Positions 44,166 to 54,633 of a stretch of 64,000 bases of DNA are shown here, one piece after another. Each line of letters opens with the position of its first letter. The first letter of the stretch is position 1. The stretch comes from Acidobacteriota bacterium (GTDB lineage Bacteria; Acidobacteriota; Blastocatellia; HR10): positions 326,058-390,057 of the forward strand of contig JAUQQC010000002.1 of assembly GCA_030550025.1 (NCBI GenBank). The letters run 5' to 3'. The position numbers were made by a program, and so were the translations under genes. The notes under the pieces are model-generated. The model worked only from the letters and a program-made list of their open reading frames with translations, searched no databases and was not told the DNA's origin.

Positions 44166-44687
44166 GTGAGCGCGATCACTCGAATCGCAGCGAGTGTGGT
44201 AGTGCTCCTTCTGCTTCTTCCGGCGATCCTGATGCGAGAGGAGCATACGGGGGCAGCGCTCGCTCAAAGTCAACGGAGCGCGCGCGCGAAGCCGCCAGCC
44301 TCTCAAAAGCCGACGGCTCGCTCGAAGGCGCAGCGCTCGCGCGCGTCTTCGGCGCGGAAACGGAACGTCGCACGGCGGAGCGCTCGCGCCTCCGCACGCC
44401 GATCACCGACGCGTCGTCTCGTCCTTCGACCCGGCGGACTGATCCCACGCGAGCGCGTGCGTGAGATTCAATTGGCCCTGATCGAGCGTGGATTCTTGGA
44501 AGGCCCCCCGACGGGCGTATACGATGCGCGGACCGTCGAAGCGATGAAGCGGTTCCAAGAAGCGGAGGGGATCGAAGTGACCGGGTATCCGACGGCGCAT
44601 GCGCTCTACCGATTGGGGCTCCATCCGGCCGCCTCTTCCAACGGTGCCACGGCTGCACCCGTCCATCGGTCGCCGCCCTCATCGTGA
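44166..44687 (+). CDS. Peptidoglycan-binding (PG_binding_1) domain protein with N-terminal anchor and basic linker
   Basis: VREIQLALIERGFLEGPPTGVYDARTVEAMKRFQEAEGIEVTGYPTAHAL is the PG-binding-1 consensus; Arg/Ala/Ser-rich linker. Confidence 0.75.
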   Translation: MSAITRIAASVVVLLLLLPAILMREEHTGAALAQSQRSARAKPPASQKPTARSKAQRSRASSARKRNVARRSARASARRSPTRRLVLRPGGLIPRERVREIQLALIERGFLEGPPTGVYDARTVEAMKRFQEAEGIEVTGYPTAHALYRLGLHPAASSNGATAAPVHRSPPSS

Positions 44688-44724
44688 GCGGTGGCTCTGG
44701 TCATCGTGCGGGACCACGAGGAAG

Positions 44725-45858
44725 ATGGTCGTGCGACTCCGACCGATTCGGCTGACGACGCTCTTTCGCATCCCGATTCGCGTGAGCTACGGTTGGATCC
44801 CCGTCGTCCTCCTGCATGTGTACGCCGTCTCGGTCTTCTATCTTCCTCGTCACCTGCACGACTTCGATCCTTTCACCTATTGGGCGCTCGGGGGGGTGAC
44901 GACGTTGCTGCTGTTCCTCTCGGTGCTCGGGCATGAGATCGGACATGCCCTGGTCGCGCGCGCCGAAGGCATCCGCATCTTCGACATCACGCTCCATCTG
45001 TTTGGCGGATTCGCGCGCTTCGAGCACGAAGCGCATTCGCCGGGCGCAGAATTTCGGATCGCCGTCGCCGGCCCGAGCGCGAGTTTCCTGTACGCCGTCA
45101 TGTTCTTCCTCTTGAATCAATTGAGCATCCACGTCTTCGACTCGCGTCCGGCGGCGCTCATCACGAATTATCTGGCGCTCTCGAATCTGATCCTGGCGCT
45201 CTTCAATCTACTGCCCGGGTTCCCGCTGGATGGTGGGCGGATATTCCGCGCGTGGTTGTGGGCGCGCTGGGGCGATTACTGGCGCGCCAGCCGGTGGGCC
45301 ATTGGGGTGGGGCAAGGCATCGCGTATCTGCTCATTGGCCTGGGCGTCTTCTGGGCGTTGCGCGCCCGCACCAGTGCCGATATCTTCGCTGGGGCATGGT
45401 CCATCCTGATCGGGATCTTCCTGCGCGATGTGGCCGAAAGCAGCCGCCTCTCCCTCGCGCACGTGGATCGGATGCGACGAATGCGCGTCGCGGAGGTCAT
45501 GCGCGATCCCCCGGCGCTTCTGCCACCGGAGATGACCGTTGAAGAATTGGCCGCGCGCGTGCTGCCGATGCATCGAAGCCGAACATTCCCCGTCTCGCGC
45601 GACCGTCGGTTGCATGGCATCTTGCTTGTGCCCGTTCTTCAGGCTCTGCCCCGCGAGCGATGGGCGCAGACGACTATTGGAGAGATCATGCAGCCGGTCG
45701 CTCCCTCAATGTTCGTTCATCCGGAGACGCCGCTTTGGGAAGCGCATCGCGTGCTGCGCCTCAACGGTCTGGGCGCCACCGCTGTGCTCGATGCCGACGG
45801 CTATATCGTCGGATATCTCACGCTCGAGGATTTTCGCTCGGACGTCCGTGCTCCCTAA
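44725..45858 (+). CDS. Site-2 protease (M50 metalloprotease) with C-terminal CBS pair
   Basis: GAGGAAG Shine-Dalgarno before ATG 44725 (track 44599 extension rejected); HEIGHAL zinc motif; NLLPGFPLDGG(R) motif; tandem CBS-like C-terminus. Confidence 0.85.
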   Translation: MVVRLRPIRLTTLFRIPIRVSYGWIPVVLLHVYAVSVFYLPRHLHDFDPFTYWALGGVTTLLLFLSVLGHEIGHALVARAEGIRIFDITLHLFGGFARFEHEAHSPGAEFRIAVAGPSASFLYAVMFFLLNQLSIHVFDSRPAALITNYLALSNLILALFNLLPGFPLDGGRIFRAWLWARWGDYWRASRWAIGVGQGIAYLLIGLGVFWALRARTSADIFAGAWSILIGIFLRDVAESSRLSLAHVDRMRRMRVAEVMRDPPALLPPEMTVEELAARVLPMHRSRTFPVSRDRRLHGILLVPVLQALPRERWAQTTIGEIMQPVAPSMFVHPETPLWEAHRVLRLNGLGATAVLDADGYIVGYLTLEDFRSDVRAP

Positions 45859-45913
45859 AGGAAGAAGGCGCGCGGGAGCGCGTTGACAATCTCGGTGTCC
45901 TTTCAGTACGATT

Positions 45914-46402
45914 TTGCTCGCTCATGCCGAAGGGAGGGGGGATAGGGTGAGCGCGTGTATTCGGGCGCGAAGCGTCGAGGTGAGCCTGATGGTGATGCTG
46001 TTAGCAGTGAACGGTGCCTTGGTTCTCCCCTCTTCGCGCGGTCTTCCATTGGTCCTTGTGCGCGGGCGCTTTGTGTGCGCCGAACCTGCGGGCGAGGGCG
46101 CGTGTCCGCCCGAACGCATCGGGATTCGCACCTCTGAGGGACGCGTGTACTTCTTCCTCCCGGCGGACTCGGCCGTTGCGCTCTTTGCGGATTCACGCCT
46201 TCGCGCCGAGGAGCTTCAGATCGTGGCCCTTCGGCATGACGGCGATCGTTTGGAGAGCATTCGCGTCCGCCTCGTCCGAGGTGGGCGATTGTACGATATC
46301 GCCTACGTGTGCGACGTCTGTCAGATCAAATCCCCGGTGCCTGGGGTCTGCCCGTGTTGTCAGAAGGAACTGGCGCGCGAAGAGACTCCCATCGCTCCGT
46401 GA
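45914..46402 (+). CDS. Hypothetical protein with C-terminal Cys cluster (CDVC...CPCC)
   Basis: ORF directly upstream of the Mo-hydroxylase operon; CDVCQIKSPVPGVCPCCQ; start uncertain (45914/45989/45995). Confidence 0.4.
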   Translation: MLAHAEGRGDRVSACIRARSVEVSLMVMLLAVNGALVLPSSRGLPLVLVRGRFVCAEPAGEGACPPERIGIRTSEGRVYFFLPADSAVALFADSRLRAEELQIVALRHDGDRLESIRVRLVRGGRLYDIAYVCDVCQIKSPVPGVCPCCQKELAREETPIAP

Positions 46403-46435
46403 GAGCGCGGCGCCGGTGAAGGAGGATGTGGCCTT

Positions 46436-47050
46436 ATGGAGAAGCAGCGATTGAAAACGGGAAGCCTTTCGCGACGCGACTTTTTGAAAGTCTCGGGGAT
46501 CACGCTCACGGTCCCCTTGGTGGTCGGGCCACGCGTACTCAAGGTCGCCGGGGCGGAGGTGAAGGTCTTCGGTCCCGGGAAGGTCCCGATGACGTTCACC
46601 ATCAACGGGAAGACGTATCGGGCGGAGCTTGAGCCGCGCGTGACCTTGCTCGATGCGCTTCGAAATGAATTCGATCTGACTGGCGCCAAACGGGTGTGCG
46701 ATCGTGGGACGTGCGGCGCGTGCACGGTGCTTTTGGACGGCAAGCCCGTCTATGCGTGTTCCGTGCTCGCGATTGAGGCGCAAGGGAAAGCGATCACGAC
46801 CGTCGAAGGCCTCATGCAGGATGGGAAGCTGCATCCGATTCAACAGGCGTTCATTGAGAACGATGCCCTGCAGTGTGGCTTCTGCACGCCTGGATTCGTC
46901 GTCGCCTGTAAGGCGCTTTTAGATCGAATCCCCAATCCCACGCCGGAGGATTTGGTGGTCGGATTGGGCGGGAACCTCTGTCGCTGCGGGACCTATGTGG
47001 GGATTCGAGCGGCCATCGCGCAGGCCGCCCGGATGCAGAGAGGAGGGTGA
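46436..47050 (+). CDS. Molybdenum hydroxylase small subunit, 2x[2Fe-2S], Tat signal (CoxS/PaoA-like)
   Basis: RRDFLK twin-arginine motif; CDRGTCGACTV plant-type ferredoxin motif; CGFCTPGF...CRCGTY second cluster. Confidence 0.92.
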   Translation: MEKQRLKTGSLSRRDFLKVSGITLTVPLVVGPRVLKVAGAEVKVFGPGKVPMTFTINGKTYRAELEPRVTLLDALRNEFDLTGAKRVCDRGTCGACTVLLDGKPVYACSVLAIEAQGKAITTVEGLMQDGKLHPIQQAFIENDALQCGFCTPGFVVACKALLDRIPNPTPEDLVVGLGGNLCRCGTYVGIRAAIAQAARMQRGG

Positions 47051-47053
47051 GCT

Positions 47054-49211
<2,158 letters not shown>

Positions 49212-49225
<14 letters not shown>

Positions 49226-50210
49226 GTACGTGAGTCCGACGACGAAGGAACAGGCCGTTGCGCTGCTCTCCAGCACGTGGGGGGAGACCGAGATCCTCGC
49301 GGGCGGCACCGACTTGCTCGCGCTCCTGAAGGACGACATCGTGCGGCCTCGGCGTGTGGTCAACATCAAAGAGATCGCCGAGCTGCGAGGGATCAGCTTC
49401 TCGATGCCCGCAGGATTGCGCATCGGCGCGACGGTCACCTTGCAGGAGCTTCTCGATCATCCCGATATCGCGCGCCACTATCCGGCGCTTGTGCAAGCGG
49501 CTCGTGGCGTCACCAGCCCCCAGATTCGGAACATGGGGACCGTCGGGGGGGATCTCTGTCAGCGACCGCGCTGCTGGTACTTCCGCTCGGGCTTCGGCCT
49601 TCTGGCTCGCGATGAGACGGGGCGCTCGCTCGTCTTGGAGGGAGACAATCGGTATCATGCGATCCTGGGCAATGAGGGGCCGGCTTATTTCGTGAATCCG
49701 TCGAGTTTGGCTCCGGCGCTCATCGCCTATGGCGCGCGCCTTCGGATTTTCGGCCCGCGGGGAACGCGCGAAATCCCGGTCGAACGCTTCTTCCGCATCC
49801 CGAAGTCGGAGGCCGAGCGCGAATATGATTTGCAGCCGAATGAGATCGTGACCGAGATTCTCGTGCCGCCGCCTTCGGCGGGGATGGTGAGCGCGACCTA
49901 TGAGGTGCGTCAACGTGAGGCGCTCGATTGGCCGCTGGCGACGGCTTCGGTGGCGTTGGTGCTCGAAGGCCAACGCGTGCGCTCGGCGCGCGTCGTGCTC
50001 GGGCACGTCGCGCCGATTCCCTGGCCGTCGCCGGAAGCCGAGCGCGCCCTCCTAGGAAAGACTGTGAGCGAGGAGGTCGCGCAAGCGGCCGCCAACGCCG
50101 CCGTGCAGAGGGCGCGAAGCCTGGGGAAGAACGAATACAAGATTCAGCTCGCTCGCGTCGCCGTACGTCGAGCGATCCAGCAAGCTGTCGGAGGAGGAGC
50201 GCGACGATGA
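49212..50210 (+). CDS. Molybdenum hydroxylase FAD-binding medium subunit (CoxM/PaoB-like)
   Basis: ILAGGTDLL FAD-binding PCMH motif; CO-dehydrogenase-flavoprotein C-terminal domain. Confidence 0.9.
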
Positions 50211-50437
50211 TAGACGCCGAACGATTCGCCGAAGTGTACTGGACGCTCTGCCCGCACTTGCGGTGGAAGACGCAGTTCTACGCGGAGACACCCACGGTCC
50301 CCCCGCCGCCCCCCGATGATGGCTTCTTCTGGTGTGCCTTCACGCAGACGTGCTTGGGGCCCGACGGCGCTGTGGTGGAGCCTGAATCGTGCGCCTCTGC
50401 CCATCGGGCTTGTTATGGGACGGGGCGACTGCGGTAA
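50207..50437 (+). CDS. Small Cys-rich hypothetical protein (76 aa) translationally coupled to the FAD subunit
   Basis: ATGA stop/start overlap; GGAGGAGGAG Shine-Dalgarno inside the end of the upstream gene; five Cys; PPPPPDDGFFWC; same frame as track ORF 49928..50437. Confidence 0.5.
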   Translation: MIDAERFAEVYWTLCPHLRWKTQFYAETPTVPPPPPDDGFFWCAFTQTCLGPDGAVVEPESCASAHRACYGTGRLR

Positions 50438-50524
50438 GATATTCCTGGCAAGGCGGACGCGGAGACTCCGATGGACGCGAAGCGTCCGGCGGAGCGTAGT
50501 GAGATTTTGGGGGAGGTGAGGTCT

Positions 50525-51199
50525 ATGCGCAGTCTGGTGGTGGTCCTGTTCACACTCGCGGGAGTCGTGGGCATCTCCGAGAGGGCGCAGGCGCAGCAGA
50601 TCCTCGGCGCCTACGTCGAGGCGCGCAATGCCGACGTCTATACTGGCCCCTGCTTCGCCAATGCCGAAGCGGGTTTTGTGGGGGATCAAGCGATCCTCGC
50701 TTGGCACGTTCACCGAGGCCAGTGGGCGGGTGTTCAGCTGGACGGCTTGAGCGTCGTCGGCGTCGTGAAAGCGCGCGCGACGCTCGGAGACCCTCAGGGG
50801 CAACCATATCCGGCGAAGGCCATCTTGATCGTGGATGAACGGGCGAGCCGGGAACAGCGCGAAGCTTTGCTCCGCTTCGCTCAGGCGATGGGGGGCGAAC
50901 TGCTTCGGAACGTCGTGCGGGTCGTGGCCGCTCCTATCTACTTCGACGTTCGGGATGACGGCGAGCATGCGGCTCGGGCTGTCGTACGCGCGGGCGAGTG
51001 GGCGCGCATCGAAACGCGCCCCTTGAACGAGCAGGATCATATCTGCGGCAATGAGGAGGTCTTTTACCCGCCGCTCGCTCCGGTCCAGCATGCGATGCCT
51101 GCTGTCGCCACGCTCAATCAGTTTCGCGGCGATGGCTTGGGCGTCATCTGGACCATTCGCGGCAAACGGGGTGCTTTCGTCGGCCACTTCGCGCAATGA
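50525..51199 (+). CDS. Hypothetical secreted protein
   Basis: GGGGGAGGTGAGG Shine-Dalgarno before ATG 50525; signal peptide MRSLVVVLFTLAGVVGISERAQAQ; track ORF begins at 50471. Confidence 0.55.
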   Translation: MRSLVVVLFTLAGVVGISERAQAQQILGAYVEARNADVYTGPCFANAEAGFVGDQAILAWHVHRGQWAGVQLDGLSVVGVVKARATLGDPQGQPYPAKAILIVDERASREQREALLRFAQAMGGELLRNVVRVVAAPIYFDVRDDGEHAARAVVRAGEWARIETRPLNEQDHICGNEEVFYPPLAPVQHAMPAVATLNQFRGDGLGVIWTIRGKRGAFVGHFAQ

Positions 51200-51237
51200 G
51201 CGCAGAGGCGCTCGTTTCGTGAAACAAATGGACGAGG

Positions 51238-51271
51238 CCACCCCCGCCAGCGGGGGTGGTTTGCCTTCCTT
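51238..51271 (+). terminator. Rho-independent terminator
   Basis: Perfect 9-bp GC stem CCACCCCCG-CCAG-CGGGGGTGG followed by TTTGCCTTCCTT. Confidence 0.6.
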
Positions 51272-51314
51272 ATGTGGGGTCCTCCCACGCTATTTTTGTT
51301 AGGAGGGAGAAGTA

Positions 51315-51980
51315 ATGCGACGGTCTCATACGATAGCGCTCATCCTCCTGCTGGAGTTCATTTGCCCTACTCTCGCCCAGGGGAGTCGGGTGGAGATCAT
51401 TGGTCCACTCACGGCATCGTCCGTCCCGGAATCCGTGCAGAAGGCCTTGGAGCCGAAAGGCTATCGCGTCCTTCAATCTGATGGGCGCGTGATCTGCGAG
51501 CTTTGGTTTCGCGCTGCCGTTCCTATTCAAGCGGGGAAGACGGCGGAGCCCGACGTCGTATACGCGGGCTTGGAGGAATCCACTCTCATTGGCGTGATCG
51601 TATTCCCGCAGCCGACGACCGATTATCGGGGACAGGCGATCAAGCCGGGCGCCTATACGCTGCGGTATGCGCTGTATCCGGTGGACGGCAATCACATGGG
51701 CATCGCTCCCAATCGCGACTTCCTCTTGCTCATCCCCGCCGAGCTGGATCCCGAGGTGGCGGCGCGATACGCGTTCGAGGACTTGGTGAAACTGAGCGCC
51801 AAGGCAGCCGGAACGAATCATCCGGCCGGGCTCAGTCTTCGTTCGGCGGGTGGGTATCAAACGATCCCGACCGTTGTGGAGCTGGCCTCTCGATATACGT
51901 TGCTTGTCGCGCCGGTGAAGACGACGACCGGGGGAGAGCTGACGCTGGCACTCATTGTCAGAGGCATTGCAGAATTGTGA
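51315..51980 (+). CDS. Hypothetical secreted protein
   Basis: AGGAGGGAG Shine-Dalgarno; signal peptide MRRSHTIALILLLEFICPTLAQG; 221 aa. Confidence 0.55.
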   Translation: MRRSHTIALILLLEFICPTLAQGSRVEIIGPLTASSVPESVQKALEPKGYRVLQSDGRVICELWFRAAVPIQAGKTAEPDVVYAGLEESTLIGVIVFPQPTTDYRGQAIKPGAYTLRYALYPVDGNHMGIAPNRDFLLLIPAELDPEVAARYAFEDLVKLSAKAAGTNHPAGLSLRSAGGYQTIPTVVELASRYTLLVAPVKTTTGGELTLALIVRGIAEL

Positions 51981-51991
51981 ACGACGACGCT

Positions 51992-52618
51992 TCATCGGAG
52001 CCCTTTGAGCTGGGCGACAAGCGGCGCGAGCTGCTCCGCCTCCACGAACATCCGGATGGCTGCTACGCCGGCCGCCCGATGCGCGAGCACCTGCGGAGCG
52101 TTCCCCGGAGTGATGCCGCCGATGGCGAGAACGGGGAGACGGATCATCGCCGCAATGCGCGCGAACGCTTCCAGGCCGAGCGGTGGCCCATAGGACATTT
52201 TGCTCGGCGTCTCGAAGACAGGGCCGAGAACGAGAAAGTCCGCCCCTTCGGCCTCCGCTTGTCGCGCTTCTTGGAGCGAATGCGTCGAGGCGCCGATCAA
52301 AAAGTCCGGTCCGACAAGCTCCCGCGCGACGGCGACAGGCAGCGAGCGCGTCGTCAGGTGAACCCCATGCGCGCCGCAGGTTACGGCGACATCCACGCGG
52401 TCGTTGACCAAGAGCCGCGCGGGCGTCCCGGCAATTCGTGCCGCCGCCTCTTCGACGAGCGCGCACAGCTCTCGCGTCGGCAAGTCCTTCTCGCGAATCT
52501 GGATCAAATCCACACCCGCGCGCGCCGCTTCCGCAATGAGATCGAGGACGGAACGCGACAGGCAAAGGCTCCGATCCGTAATGAGGTACAGGATGGGCGG
52601 GTTCCCCAACGCCGTCAT
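51992..52618 (-). CDS. thiE: Thiamine-phosphate synthase
   Basis: TIM-barrel ThiE motifs: ILYLITDR, DLIQIREKD, LLVNDRVDVA, GVHL, GPVFETPSK, LAIGGI. Confidence 0.9.
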   Translation of the reverse strand: MTALGNPPILYLITDRSLCLSRSVLDLIAEAARAGVDLIQIREKDLPTRELCALVEEAAARIAGTPARLLVNDRVDVAVTCGAHGVHLTTRSLPVAVARELVGPDFLIGASTHSLQEARQAEAEGADFLVLGPVFETPSKMSYGPPLGLEAFARIAAMIRLPVLAIGGITPGNAPQVLAHRAAGVAAIRMFVEAEQLAPLVAQLKGLR

Positions 52619-52923
52619 CGCTCACCCTCCGAAGATGAGGGACGACGCTTTCCCTCCTCGATCAGCCGAAGGAGATCGCGATATCGGGAAGCTTCCCACA
52701 CCCCCAGAATGAGGTTGAGCACGCCTAGCCCGGTGACGCTCGCTTTGACCGCGAAGCTATTGAACGTGAGCAGCAGCTCGGCCGATCCCGTCCGTTGCAC
52801 GAGGTACGCCAAAAGCACATTGTCGCTCCACAAGGACGTCCACGGCGCCACGATCAGAATAGCGCCCAGCTCGAAATAGACGAGGATGTACAGAATGACT
52901 GTGATCTTCGCCGACATCGTCAC
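52615..52923 (-). CDS. Small hypothetical membrane protein (2 TM)
   Basis: Two hydrophobic helices; 4-nt overlap with the thiE start. Confidence 0.45.
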   Translation of the reverse strand: MTMSAKITVILYILVYFELGAILIVAPWTSLWSDNVLLAYLVQRTGSAELLLTFNSFAVKASVTGLGVLNLILGVWEASRYRDLLRLIEEGKRRPSSSEGER

Positions 52924-53106
52924 GTTCGACCCCCACGAACACGCCCTCCGAACCCCTCAGGGTAACACCCCACCGGCGGGAGGGTCAAATCTTCGACCGA
53001 GCCGTCCCGGAACCGGCTCGAACGTCACGTCGCTTCCGCGCCCGTGGGGTTGCGCGAGGCGACATCTGCGGAGTACGCTTTCTCCGCGAAACGACATAAG
53101 GGGTTG

Positions 53107-54411
53107 ATGGCCATGAGTAGCGAGGAATTGGTGCGCAAGCAGAAGGACTATCTCTTTCGATGCGTCTCGACGTACTATCGGGAGCCGCTCATAATCGAGC
53201 GTGGCGAGGGGATGTACGTGTGGGATGCGCAGGGACGGCGATACTTGGATTGTTTCGGCGGAGTCTTAACGATCAGCGTCGGACACGCGCACCCAAAGGT
53301 CGTGGAAGCGATCACGGATCAAGTCCGAAAGATCTCCCACACCTCCACGCTCTACATCAATGAGCCGCAGGTGCAGTTGGCCGAAAAATTGGCCCAGATC
53401 ACCCCGGGACGGTTGCAGAAGAGCTTCTTCACCAACAGCGGCACCGAGGCCGATGAGACGGCGCTTGTGCTGGCGCGGCTCTACACGGGACAACAGGAGA
53501 TCATCGCGCTGCGGCACGGCTACAGCGGCCGATCCGCCCTGGCCATGAGCGTCAGCGGGCAAGCGCCGTGGAAGCTCGGGACACCTTACGTCGCCGGGAT
53601 CGTACACGCCGTCGCGCCGTATTGCTATCGCTGCCCCTTCAAACTCACCTATCCGGCGTGCGATCTGGCCTGTGCGCACGATGTGGAGGAGTTGATTCGA
53701 ACGACGACCTCCGGTCGCGTCGCCGCGCTCATCGCCGAACCGATCCTGGGCGTCGGCGGTTTCATCGTCCCTCCGAAGGAATACTTCAAGGTCGTCGTTG
53801 AGATCGTGCGTCGCTATGGCGGCATCTTCATTTGCGACGAGGTGCAGACGGGATGGGGGCGCACGGGCGATACGTTGTTCGGCATCGAGCATTGGGAAGT
53901 GGAGCCGGAAGTCATGACCTTCGCTAAAGGGCTGGCCAATGGGACGCCGATTGGCGCGACGATCGCGACACCAGAGGTCGCCGATGCCTATCCCTCGCTC
54001 ACGTTCTCCACCTTCGGCGGCAATCCCGTCGCCTGTCGCGCCGCCTTAGCGACGATTCGCGTCATTGAGGAGGAGGAGTTGCCGAAGAACGCGCGCCGGG
54101 TCGGCGATTATCTGCGCGAGCAGTTGGAGGCGCTCAAGGAGGCGTATCCGCAAATCATCGGCGATGTGCGCGGCATGGGTTTGATGCAGGCGATCGAGCT
54201 GGTGAAAGACCCGAAGACCAAGGAGCCCAATCCCGAAGCCTTGCAACAGGTCTTCGAAGAGACGAAAAAACGCGGTGTCCTCATCGGCCGAGGTGGGCTC
54301 TATGGGAACGTGATCCGTATTGGCCCGCCGCTGATCGCCACTAAGGACCACATTGATGAGCTGATCTCAGCATTGACGGCGGCCTTTGCCGCCCTCGCGC
54401 ATCATGGATGA
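53107..54411 (+). CDS. Class-III pyridoxal-phosphate aminotransferase (omega-aminotransferase family)
   Basis: AAGGGG Shine-Dalgarno before ATG 53107; GTEADETAL; ICDEVQTGWGRTG; FAKGLANG (PLP-binding Lys). Confidence 0.92.
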   Translation: MAMSSEELVRKQKDYLFRCVSTYYREPLIIERGEGMYVWDAQGRRYLDCFGGVLTISVGHAHPKVVEAITDQVRKISHTSTLYINEPQVQLAEKLAQITPGRLQKSFFTNSGTEADETALVLARLYTGQQEIIALRHGYSGRSALAMSVSGQAPWKLGTPYVAGIVHAVAPYCYRCPFKLTYPACDLACAHDVEELIRTTTSGRVAALIAEPILGVGGFIVPPKEYFKVVVEIVRRYGGIFICDEVQTGWGRTGDTLFGIEHWEVEPEVMTFAKGLANGTPIGATIATPEVADAYPSLTFSTFGGNPVACRAALATIRVIEEEELPKNARRVGDYLREQLEALKEAYPQIIGDVRGMGLMQAIELVKDPKTKEPNPEALQQVFEETKKRGVLIGRGGLYGNVIRIGPPLIATKDHIDELISALTAAFAALAHHG

Positions 54412-54463
54412 ATACGTAATTTTGCGCATTTTGAAGAAATTTTTGCACTGCCGAAGACAGATA

Positions 54464-54490
54464 GGGTGAGCCGGTCTTTCTGGCTCACCC
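54464..54490. terminator. Perfect hairpin (9-bp stem GGGTGAGCC / GGCTCACCC) in convergent intergenic region
   Basis: Seen directly; weak U-tract on either side, so strand assignment is ambiguous. Confidence 0.45.
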
Positions 54491-54584
54491 CGCCCAAACT
54501 AAGGAGGTATCGTGGTGGTACGTGGTCGCTTACTGAGATTCCTCTGAGGTGGGAAAGGTTGCCTCCGACAAAGTTACACTAGAA

Positions 54585-54610
54585 GGCGAGGGGTCGCCAA
54601 ACCCCTCGCC
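54585..54610 (-). terminator. Probable terminator of the TonB-dependent receptor gene
   Basis: Perfect 9-bp stem GGCGAGGGG / CCCCTCGCC about 25 nt past the receptor stop; minus-strand downstream sequence TTCTAGTGTAACTTTGTC is T-rich. Confidence 0.55.
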
Positions 54611-54633
54611 TTCGAAGGATGAGAGAGGCGGCC

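Noticed and set aside
50144-52879. Long alternative-frame ORFs (50144..51241 minus, 51270..52625 minus, 51503..52879 plus) across the secreted-protein and thiE region
   Set aside because: They conflict with thiE (clear motifs) and with the signal-peptide ORFs that have Shine-Dalgarno sequences and a terminator between them. Their products are Arg/Gly-rich low-complexity sequences.
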